Shown piece after piece: positions 52,801 to 63,439 of a stretch of DNA of 64,000 nucleotides. Within the stretch, counting starts at the first letter, position 1; every line of letters begins with the position of its first letter. The stretch comes from Phaeosaccion multiseriatum. Lineage: Eukaryota > Protista > Ochrophyta, other classes. The notes under the pieces were generated by a model, which was given only the letters and a program-made list of their open reading frames with translations, ran no database searches and was not told where the DNA came from. The stretch spans positions 558,001-622,000 of the forward strand of contig OZ218960.1 of the NCBI GenBank assembly GCA_965112735.1. Direction: 5' to 3'. The translations under genes and the position numbers were made by a program.

Positions 52801-55761
52801 CCTCCTCCTCCTCTCCCTCCTCCTCCTCCTCCTCCTCCTCCTCCTCCTCCTCCTCCTCCTCCTCCTCCCCCTCCTCCTCCTCCTCCTCCTCCTCCTCCTC
52901 CTCCTCCTCCTCCTCCTCCTCCTCCTCCTCCTCTCCTCCTCCTCCTCGTCGTCCCTCACCATGCATGACGCGGCCATTCCCGGGTTCGGTCCTCCCCTCC
53001 TCAGGGGATAGTCAAAGTAGCGATGGAGGGCATCCAGTGCGCCCTGCTGCTCTCCATGCCCGAGGCAGTTGAGGAAGCGCAGGTAGTGAGCCCTAGGGAA
53101 GAGTAACAGTTACAGAAGGGGAAGGATTCAGTGTCAGTTTCAGTTTCAGGCTAATAGACGAGATATTGTACACATGGAGATCGAAGGCTTCATTCCTGTG
53201 GCCACTTCGAACGAGTCCCATCTGTGTGCGCGCGTGTGTGTACGTTTGTGCGTATCTCTCTCTCTCTCTCAACTCTCTCTGTGTGTGCATTTGTACATCA
53301 GTGATTTTGCGTGCCTCTTCCCTTCTGTATGTCAGTGTGTGTGTGTGGTCCAGCGACGGGCGTGTACACACATGCGTGCCTCTCTCTCTCTATCTCTCTC
53401 TCTCTCTCTGTGCGTGTGCGTGCGTGTGTGCTGTGCGCTGTGTGTGTATGTGTGTGCCTGTATATATCTGTGTGTGTGCATGTGGTCTGTACCTGGGCAG
53501 GTCCGGGTGTATCTCGAGCATGTCTTGAATGTCGCTCTCAAGCGCCTCGAAGGGCCGCAGGCTCTGCACACCCCTCTCCATGCCATGCACCTGGCATGGA
53601 CAAGGGGGGGGGGGGGTGTTGAAGTTGAGGTTGAAGTTGAGGTTGAAGTTGAAGCTCAAAAGGAGCACATAGCAAGGGAAGGGTTGATGGGTTGAGTGGA
53701 CGAAGGGGAGATACAAGAGCCCATACCCATGTACCTGTTGCTGCAGATGAAGCTGTAACTGCCGTGCCGAGAGCACGCTGGCATCGAGTCTGCTGCCCCC
53801 CGGGCCCAGGTGGGGCCCAATGTGCGTGGTATCCACCCCCCCTGCTGCCCGGATGGGTGTCGAGATGACTGGGGTTCCACCCCCACCCCCATACCGCGTG
53901 GGCAGGCCTGACAATGACGACTGATGTGAGTGCGCAGAGAGAGTGGTGCTGTTGAAGCCTCCTCCTCCTCCTCCTCCTCCTCCTCCTCCTCCTCCGAACC
54001 CTATTCTAACAGGGCTGGGACCCGCGCCGAGGTACGAGGAGGAGAAGGAGGAGGAGAAGGAGGAGCGGAATAATGGGGAAGCTCCTGTCGCCGCCTTGCC
54101 CCCCTTCCCGGCCTTTGCCGCCTCCGCCGCAGCGACACCTCCTGAGCCCCCTCGCCCTCCCCCTCCACCCCTCCCCCCCCTCCCGTAAGGACTGCTGCTG
54201 GTGCTGCTGCTGCTGCTGGTGTTCGCCGCCGTCGCCGCCACCGCCCCTGGGCGTGTCCCCACCGCAGGGCCCCCATCCGAGGGAGTGTGGTGGCTCCGCC
54301 TCCTCCTTCTTGCTCCACCACTGCTCCCACCTCCGCTGCCTAACCCTAACCCCAACCCTAACCCTAAGCCGCTGCCGCCACCGCCGCCACCGCCGCCGCC
54401 GCCGCCGCCACTGCTTCCCAGGCCTAAGCCTAGGCCCATACCGGTGCTGGTGCCACGTGTGGCCGACAAGAGACCCACACGCCCCCCTCCTCCTCCGCCG
54501 CCCATCCGCACGCCGCCCATCACCCCCAGGATGAGGTTGCTGCTGGTTTCTGCCTCGTCGTCGCCAAAGCTGGTGTCCGTACGACCAACACGGCCACCTG
54601 CATTGCCGCTGGTGTCAAGCCCGCCCACGCTGGTGTCTGCGCTGGTGTCGATATCCATGTCGAGGTCGATATCATTGTCGAGACTCATGTCCACACTCAT
54701 GTCCATGTCCAAACTTGTACTCACACTTGCGTCGAGAAGGCCCACACTGTTGCGTCGACCGCCGCCACTACTACTTCTGCCCCCCCCCCCCCCTCCTCCT
54801 CCTCCTCCTCCTCCTCCTTCTCCTCCTCCTCCCCTTCCTCCTACTATGCGACCGAACGCTGCTGTGGCTTCTCTTACTTGTGCTCCTGCCACAGTACGAG
54901 GCAGGGGCCCGTCGAGGGCGGCGGCAGCAGCGCGAAGAGCAGCACTAACACCAGCTGTAGCAGTAGCAGAAGAAGCAGCAGAAGGAGTGGAAGTGACACC
55001 ACCACCTCCACCACCACCACCACCACCACCAGCAGCAGCAGCACGAGGCAGGGGCCCGTCGAGGGCGGCAGCAGCAGCGGAAAGAGCAGCACTAACACCA
55101 GCTGTAGCAGTAGCAGAAGAAGCAGCAGAAGGAGTGGAAGTGGCTCCACCACCACCATCACCACCACCACCACCACCACCACCAACACCACCACCACCAC
55201 CACCACCAGCAGCAGCAGCAGCAGCCGCGGCGGCGCTCCGAGTCCGGCTGCGAGTGGTCCTGGGGGTGCTGCGCCTGGCACTCGTGACTCCGTCCCTCTC
55301 ACGAGAAGGAGTCTCTGCCTCTGCCTCTGCCTTTTCAGCGGACGAACAAGAGGCCCTGCCCTTGGCCTTTCCCCTCGTACCCCTTGCACTGCCACCCTTA
55401 CTGCGCACCCCGCTGTCGCTCTCCCCGATGGAAAAACGAATGAGACCGGAACCTCTGCTGTCTCTTCTTGCCCGCCCTCCACCCCCGCTCAGCGGTGAGG
55501 AGGGTCGCTGCCATCCACTACCATCATCCCCGCCCTGTCCACCTGTTCGGTTCCGCTTGCCTCTGCTGCCTTTCAAAGCGCTGACAAGGACCTCCTCCTC
55601 CTCCTCCTCCTCCTCCTGCTGTGTATCACCAACTGCTGAAGCACCTCGCACACCCTCGCCAATGGCCCTCATGTGCACCAGCCGCCTCACCGCAGCTGCA
55701 GTACTCACCGCCTCCCCACCGCCACCACCATTGGCTGCCATCCCACCACCACCGCCACCTC

Positions 55762-55807
<46 letters not shown>

Positions 55808-56277
55808 GCCTTCTTGTAGCCACACCAGGAACTGATCGTAGAGGCCAGAGAGGCGGGAAAAGCCCATGGCCTCGCAGTCCAGCAGTACCCTCCGTACGAA
55901 GATCCCCCACAGACTGTCCTTCTCAATGTGGGTGGGCCCTACCAGGCTGCGTGCCGCCTCCAGGGTGGGCGGGGGCTGCAGGCTGGCCTTGAGGCGCTGC
56001 AAAACCTCCATGAGGTCGTCGAGAGAGTCCACACGCCCGAGGATGCGCATCCAGCGCCGCAGGACAACGCCGCCAGCCCTGGGGTGCAGGAAGGGATGCC
56101 TGAGCACCACAGCCACGAACTCGGAGAAGGACCGCTCCCCCGCGGCGTCTACATGCTCAATCTCTCCCAAGATGAGGTCGGCAAGGCGGTGGAATTCCCC
56201 TGTCACGAAGGGCAGGGGGGTGTGATCGGGGAGAAGTCTCCTGCCGCCGCCACGCAGCAGCTCCGGTGGCGGGTGCG

Positions 56278-56317
<40 letters not shown>

Positions 56318-56617
56318 ACCCCCCCTTGCCTTCATCATCATCTTCTTCTTCTCCTTCTTGCCACTCCCGGTGCCGCCCCCCACGCCGATTCCTCCTCCTC
56401 CTTCTCCTCCTCTAACCGCTGCTGCGTCCGCTGCGGCGGCTACTGCTTCCTCCTCCTCGAGCCTCTCTTGCTCGTCGTCCTCCAACTGTTGGTCATCCTC
56501 CATCTCCAGCAACTGCTCCTGAGTCATGTGCTGCAGCAGCTGATCGGGACGCCCAACAAAGAGCGTGATGAGCACACATACCGCGAGCTTGTGCGGCGAG
56601 GCGCGCTCTAGAGACAT
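47411..56617 (-). CDS. APC5: Anaphase-promoting complex subunit 5, ~11 exons
   Basis: SPHKLAVCVLI (N-terminus), DSLWGIFVRRVLL...FSRLSGLY, AHYLRFLNCL...ALDALHRYFDY, AVLSLAALHYRMGH...AFDEAMRVAQQ|HNDHVCVALSLAWL, and C-terminal LREVWYLSASVCNSLG...REASVKRF all follow the APC5 layout. Confidence 0.9.
50967..51232. repeat. (TATG)n intronic microsatellite
   Basis: Directly visible. Confidence 0.95.
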
Positions 56618-57054
56618 CTTCTCTTCTCTACAGTGCAAATTTTTTTCTCTTTTAAACCCTCATTCTATCTTGCTTATTTCCCATTCTTTCTTGCCTCGCA
56701 GCAGCGGCAGCACCTGAGGAAGTTCCACCCTATTCGATGGAGCTCCACTTGTCGTCCGGGGGAGGGGAAAGGGAAAACAATGGGGGGAGGGAAATGTAAA
56801 CAAAGACCCGGCAGTAGTAAGTCAACGATATCCTTCGATCCATCCTTCCCTTGCCGTTTGGGGTGAAGGTGTCGGTGTCGGGCGGCGTCTCACGATCGTC
56901 TCTCCTCCCGATCCTTTGGCGCCTCCTCGTCATCCTCTGTGTGTCTTCGTCTGGAGCCGAAGGGAGGGTAGAGCCCTTGCGTCTATTTACCCTGAAGGTG
57001 GTAACTTCGGAGGAAAAGCATCCATCCCTCCTTCCAGGAAGACCTTCTGATGTT

Positions 57055-59283
57055 ATGGACGTAGGGCTATCCAATGTCGTGCTTCCTTTACCACCAGGCC
57101 TGCCCTCTTCTTCCCTGGAGGAGGACGAGGAATCTGCAGTAGAGGAGGAGAAGGGAGAGGGGAAGGAAGAGAGGACTCAAGCTGATAGAGAACAAGGGAG
57201 TGCCTCACCAAAGGGGGAGACGAATGGCGATCAGCGAGATCTGCAGAAGGAGACGGAGGAGGAAAAGGGAGAGGAGACGCTCGACACAGTAGTGGGAGGA
57301 GGAAAGGAAGAGGCCGTTCCGGAGAAGGGCCAAGAGCAGGTGGAGGAGGGGGCGAATCGGGACGGAGAGGAGGGAGAGAAGAGAGTTGAAAAAAAAGCGG
57401 TGGCAGGAGGAGGAGGAGGAGGAGGCCTTGAGGAGGCCTTTGCGGAGAAGAACCAGGAGAAGGTGGAGCAGGAGAAGGTGGAGCAGGAGCCGAACAGGTC
57501 TGACGAGTTGGGGTCGAATGCATGGCGCTTCGCGGCTTCACCTTTGGGGGCCCTCCAGCTCTTCATGGCGGCACCAGACCGTGCAGCTGTGGCCAAGGCC
57601 TTCGCACTCGTCTTCGCCTGCAGGTACCGTACGGCGATGCAGGTGGATGGCAGTGGATGGTTGATGTAGGTGGATGACAGTGGATTGGTGTGTCGTACCA
57701 GCGAGGCGAGCGAAGCCCAGAGGTACCCACTGGGTGGGAACTGTGTACCCGCTGCGGCTTGCTTTGCTGGCAAAAGGAGACGTTGTGTATGTGAATGGTG
57801 TTTCTCCTTGTACGTGCGGAATGGGTCATCGCTCTCTCTCTCTCCATGCTCTGTGGCCTTTGTTGCCCTCCCTCACTGGAGCCATTTGCGCCTCCACCCT
57901 CCAAGCCCCCTCCCACCCCGCCGCCGCATGTGGTGATCGAGCCACCTCCCCCCCTCCGCTGGCCCCCTCTTGCTTATCCCTTTCCCTATCCTATCGGGCC
58001 TAATCGGTGCTTTGGCTTTTTGTCCCCGGCCTCTCTAGGGTGCCTGATCCTTTTTTCGCCCCCCCCCCCCCCCCCCATCCACTGCCATCCCCGGAGCAGA
58101 CAGGAAGAGGTGGTACCTGCGTCTCTGTTGGAGTGGATGAACGATAAGCTCGGTCTCGATCGGGACGCGGGGGAAGCAGAGGCATTGGTAGGGGCCACTC
58201 GAACAGCCATCGCTGAGGCCGTGTACTGTGGCAAGGTGGAGGTAAGGGAGAAGGAGGAGAGGGAGAGAGGGGGACAGGGAGAAGAAGGGAGGGAGGGAGG
58301 AAGGGAGCGAGGAGGGAGAGAGACTGAGAGAGAGGGGGAGGGGGGGGGGACAGACGGAGAGAGTAGAGAGAGAAGAGAGAGGTTCTGATTCGTTCCTTCC
58401 CTTCTTCAAAGTCCCAGTGTGTCATGCAAAGCTCTTGATTGAAAGGCATTGACTTACTGGACTGGGAGTAAGGTCTTGCCTCACCTCCGACGACGTACCC
58501 CACGTGTTGTTCTCCACGCCACCACTCTCCCGTGCCTCTCCCCCCCCTCCCTCCCTCCCTCCCTCCTTTGTCCCCTCCCCTCCACCTCCCCCACCCCTCC
58601 TCCCCGCCCCCTTGGCTATACAGGACCTACACCTCGCCTTAGAGGAAGACGGTGTCGAATTAGACCCCCGCCTGCTTCGGCTCCTGACCGAGCTCGTGAC
58701 TGCTGAGCTTCCCAACTGGCGACAGGCGGCAGAAGCACAGCAAGTCAGAGGGGTGGACGGTGTGGCTCGGCTTGTTGGGGTGGAGTGGCAGGTGGGGGCG
58801 ATCACGAGTAGCGCAGCAGCACGGCATTTGGCGGCACCGCTCGTGGCAGTACGGCTGAGAACGACGGCCCCTGCTGCTGCTGTATCACCAACTGCTGCCT
58901 CTGCTGCTGTGACCCCTTTGCAACGACAACGAGAACAACAACAGCAACAACAACAAGAAGAAGAAGGCGGAGGAGGAGGAGGAGGAGGAGGAGGAGGAGG
59001 AGGAGGAGGAGGAGGAGGAGAAGGAGACGGAGGAGGAGGAGGATCCTTGGCAGCGAGCTCGAGCTCTGCGGCGGGTGTGTTGTCACTGTGTCGGCAGCAA
59101 GAGGGGAGAGGGGCGGGAATTTCCTTCGAGGTGGCGGAGGAGGGCCTGGCAGAGCTGATTCGCATGTGTGAGAGTGTAGTGGAGTCGTTTCAAAGGGAAG
59201 GAGAGGGAGGGGGGGAAGGGGGGGGGGGCGTGGAGTGTGGCGTAGTGAATAGTGTTGATGGCGTAGGGGAGAGGGTGAGATGA
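57055..59283 (+). CDS. COMM-domain protein, COMMD9-like, 3 exons
   Basis: LDPRLLRLLTELVTAELPNWRQAA...ARLVGVEWQVGAITSSAAARHLAAPLVAVRL...ISFEVAEEGLAELI is a COMM domain. Approximate exons: 57055-57642, 58104-58241, 58624-59283. Confidence 0.75.
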
Positions 59284-59497
59284 CTCACTTATGTTGTACA
59301 TGGGTTGCTCTCCCCTACTGCTCCTCCTCCTCCTCCTCCTGCTCCTCCTCCTCCTCCTCCTCCTCCTCCTCCTCCTCCTCCTCCTCCTCCTCCTCCTCCT
59401 CCTCCTCTGCCCTCGTGGACGAACACGCACTCAGCGTGCGATTGCATCAGTGTGATAGCTAGAGGGAGGTGGTAGAAAGGAAGAGAAGAAAGGGTAA

Positions 59498-59605
59498 AGA
59501 GGGAGGTGGTGGGATGGAAGAGAAGGAAGGCCATAGAGGGAGGTGGTGGGATGGAAGAGAAGGAAGGCCATAGAGGGAGGTGGTGGGATGGAAGAGAAGG
59601 AAGGC
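59498..59605. repeat. 37-bp tandem repeat, ~3 copies (GAGGGAGGTGGTGGGATGGAAGAGAAGGAAGGCCATA)
   Basis: Directly visible; a degenerate copy precedes it. Confidence 0.85.
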
Positions 59606-60202
59606 CCGGCTCAAGGCTGGTGCCAGGCGCCGTATATGGGCGGTTTCGTGCTCGTCCACCGCCGTGGGAGACAAGCTCCGACGACGTCGGTGACGACGTG
59701 GGGGAGGGAGGAGGAGGGACGGGGAGGAGGACTTTGTCGAGACCCGTTAACTCCAGGCTCGCGGTGAGTGAGTGGGTGGGTGGGTGGATGCGTGGATAGG
59801 TGGGTGAGTGAGTGAGTGTGTGAATCAGTGAGTGAGTGGATGGGTGGGTGGGTGAGAGTGAGTGAGTAAGGGAGTGAGTGAATCAGTGAATGTGAGTGGG
59901 TGTTTGGGTGAAAGTGAGTGAGTGACTGAGTTGAAGTCCATCAGTCACTACAGGGGGAGAAGTAGAAGGGGACAGGTAGAAAGAAGAAAGAAGGGAGGAG
60001 AGCAGGACCAGGGGCAGGCAGCAGCGAGAACAACATGATTATGTCGTTTCGTAAGCCTCATGGCTTTGTGGTCGATCGCCCCATCACCCACCCCCATTCA
60101 CTTTCCCTCCCTTCCCTTCCTCCCTCCCTCCCTCGCCCCCCTAACCACCCACCCGCCCACCCATCTTCCCCTCCTTCTTAACTTTCGTCCTCACCCTGAC
60201 AG

Positions 60203-61439
60203 AGATGTGCAGCGACGGTAAGCACGACAACTGCGACGGCTGCATAGACTGTGAGGATCGCACTTGCGTGGATGGAGCCAACTGTGATGCGGATGAGGAT
60301 GGCATCGCCAATGAGCATGCCGACGACTGCAAGCCCAGCAATCGCTCCATCTTCCAAGCCCAACAATGCCCAACAATGGCTCCATCTTCCAAGCCCAACA
60401 ATGCCCAACAATGGCTCCATCTTCCCGGGGGGGCGCAGGAGGTGCGAGGGCAGACCAAAGCCGTGTCGTGTTAGCGGGGCTTTATTACTCGTGGGGGAGG
60501 AAAGCGGAAGACAGGCTTGCTCACGCCTTGCTGCCTTCTCTCTCTCTCTCTTCCTTCCCTTCTCGGCCTTCCCCCCCCCTCCCTCGCTGTCTTTCTGAAG
60601 GCTTTTACTCTTCTCTCTCCTCCTCGCCTATGTGCGCTGCTGCCCTGCTACCTTCCGCTCGCCTTCTCTCTCTCTGCCTTCGTCCTCTGTCCTCAACAGA
60701 TGTGTGCAACAACTGGCGACGGAGCGTGATCGACTGCGAAGATGCCACTTGCCTGCAGGAAGCACACCCCTGTAAATGATGCGAACGGTGACCGGCGCCG
60801 CAAATGTCGACGACCTCTGCCCGGCCAGCTCACCGGATGACGACATTGTCAAGCTCAGCTCGGCCCCACCGGCAGGAGAGTCAATTGAGATGCACGCGAC
60901 CGGCGGCAAGGGCAAGGGAAGGGCAAGAGGCGTGGAGTCAAGGGGACCCAAGGGCGAGCACGAGCACGACGGCAGTACCTTCCTCTTGGTTCTTCTCGTT
61001 CTTCTTCCAGGAGCGCAGCCACACCATCACCGATACCCACGGCTGCACCTGCGCTCAGGTCGAGGAGGCCCTGCAGCCTGTGGAAGAAGATGACCTCAGC
61101 AAGGCCAAGGCCTCGTCCGGCTGCTCCAGGGGCGGCATGGGACGCGTGGATCGACCGGTCTCTTCGGTGTGGGGGGGCAGGGCGTCGGCCTCTGCGCGGA
61201 CTCGGCACCCCTCTGACAGGCAGGAGATGGAGCACCCCTCTGACAGGCAGGAGATGGAGCACCCCTCCGATAGGCAGGAGGTGGAGCACCCCTCCGGCAA
61301 GAAGGCGATGACTGAAGCCTCTCTCCGACACCCAAGCAGGAGAAGCTGCCCTCCGATAAGAAGGCGAAGGAAGGAGAAGAAGGCATCTCCTTCGACAAGA
61401 AGGCGGAAGAACGCAAAGGCCCACTCCCTTAAGCCTTAA
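60203..61439 (+). pseudogene. Probable decayed gene for a Cys/Asp-rich repeat protein (CxDGxxDxCDGxIDC and thrombospondin type-3-like DxDxDG repeats)
   Basis: CSDGKHDNCDGCIDCEDRTC and DADEDGIANEHADDC are intact. A second unit (60700-60850) is legible only by switching frames and contains an in-frame TGA. Confidence 0.55.
61205..61300. repeat. 27-bp tandem repeat, ~3.5 copies (GCACCCCTCTGACAGGCAGGAGATGGA)
   Basis: Directly visible; reads HPSDRQEME on the + strand. Confidence 0.85.
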
Positions 61440-61851
61440 GCCCTCCCTCCCGCCACTTCTCCTTTTCGGACTGGGGCTCACCCATACACTCGCTTATTAC
61501 CGCAATATACCATACGCGTCCTAAGGTTTTACACACGTCGCCCTGTAAACACACTTTCACCCTCATGCATCCTCTGAGGTACTATCTGTGGCAGTCGTAA
61601 ACTACGCACTCAAAGACACTCACGCACTCACGCACTCACGCCGCCACGCCGCCCTCACTCACACCTCACTCCTGGTAACGAGACCCGGCCCACTGACTCG
61701 CTCACTGAGTCACGCACGCCCGGCCACACGCACTCACACGCACCCACACGCACCCACGCGCACCCAACCCACACACCCCAGGCCCGTTTGGGCTGTTCCC
61801 TCGATGTTCCCCGGTTCCCGCGCTTAGCGCCGCCCGGAAATGCACCCCCCG

Positions 61852-62002
61852 GGTGAACTGATAAGCCAGCTCCTCTCTTCCCGCGTATCGGTGAACTGAT
61901 AAGCCAGCTCCTCTCGTCCCGGGTATCGGTGAACTGATAAGCCAGCTCCTCTCTTCCCGCGTATAAGTGAACTGGTAAGCCAGCTCCTCTCGTCCCGGGT
62001 AT
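61852..62002. repeat. 38-bp tandem repeat, 4 copies in A-B-A-B order
   Basis: GGTGAACTGATAAGCCAGCTCCTCTC[TTCCCGCG/GTCCCGGG]TATC; no spacers. Confidence 0.9.
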
Positions 62003-62899
62003 GGATTTTGTCAAAAGTCAACGAAGTTTAAGTTACATGCATTGGTTACAGGTGGCGACCGTGGGTATTCGACTTCTCTAACGTTTCGATTCGAGTGGAA
62101 GTAATCCAGAAAGCAAAGAGGCAGAGACAGGTAAAGAAGAGGAGCAACTGAGGCATATGTGTTGAGGATTTGTTTGCTCAACGGATGCCCTGGGAGACTG
62201 TCGGGCGAGTCTTGCTCTGGGATTAGATTTTGGCCACTTTTTAGCTTTGAGATATTCTTGTCCAGTGTTCTTGGATGGAGCACGCCATTCCTCCCTCCTA
62301 GCTACCCTTCTTGCTTACTTACAGCTACTGCTGCTCTTCTGTCTTGGATTTAATGTGCTGTGGGCGGGAGGACCTCTGTGGCGGAAGACACAGAGAGAGA
62401 GATGATGGTTACTTGATTTTCGTCTCTTTCCTAAAAAATGATCACCTTGCCTAAATAACAAGCCTTTGTGCCCGCTATGATAGAAGATTGAGATGACCAC
62501 TTCACGCCATCTCCTTATGCGGCATTACTCACGATCCCCGCCTCCTCCTGCTCATCTTTGTGCTGCTGCTGCTGCTCGGACTGATGATCTTAATGTACGA
62601 ATCGCCAAGACACGGAATTTTCTCGCGAAGAGGGAGACCACACGTGCAGTGGGGGTAAAGAGGACAGATGGATTTGTGCTGAGAGATCGCTCAGACAGCG
62701 CTGTCAGGCGCAGTGAGAAGCCTGTGACTGGAGAAGAAGAAGAAGGGAGAGGCCCATACGTAGGTAGCGTCTCGAAGGCCCGGTGATGGCAGGTGAAGAC
62801 CAGAGAGTAGGGCAGATGTGAAAGGCGTAACGCTCTGTGCGTTACTGCCTCACTGCCTCACCGCCTCACCGCCTCACTGCATCACCTTCATAGCTCAAG

Positions 62900-63433
62900 A
62901 TGGCGCTGGAGCTGCGGGATAGGCTCGAGGTCCGAGTGTTCGAGGCCAGGGACCTCACCCCCGTGGAGGGTGAGTCCCAGGAGGAGATGAAGGGAAGGAG
63001 AGGAGGGGAGGGAGAGAGGAGAGATAAGGGAGGGGGCATGGGAGGGGGGAGTGGAGGGGACGGGAGGGGAGGGGAGGGGAGGGAAGGGGAGGGAAGGGGA
63101 GGGGCCTTGACGTTGACGTTGACTGTTACCCGATTACCCCGCCACTCACCAAATCAGCACCCACCAACTCATCTATACACGCATACACTCACTCTCCTGC
63201 CTCATGCGCTCTCATATCCGACAAATCCACCTACCCACTACTCCACTATCCCACCCTCTCCCTCCCTCCCTCCATCCATCACCTGCCTCCCTGCCCCTCT
63301 TAGGTGGCTCTGTGAATGCCTACGTGCAGGCGCAGATCGGCGGGGAGAAGCGGCTCACCAAAGTCGTCAACAATTCCGCCAACCCTGCGTGGGGAGACTC
63401 CGATATGATGCTCTTCCAGGACATCGCCTCCAG
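62900..63433 (+). CDS. C2-domain protein, first exons only (continues beyond the window)
   Basis: RLEVRVFEARDL|GGSVNAYVQAQIGGEKRLTKVVNNSANPAW is the C2 beta1-beta4 signature. Intron at ~62970-63303. Confidence 0.75.
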
Positions 63434-63439
63434 GTACAG

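Noticed and set aside
54339-54368. CCTAACCCTAAC telomere-like repeat
   Set aside because: Only a few imperfect units, and they encode GLGLGLG within the APC5 exon.
61852-62002. CRISPR-like 38-bp repeats
   Set aside because: The units are contiguous with no unique spacers, there are no cas genes, and the context is eukaryotic.
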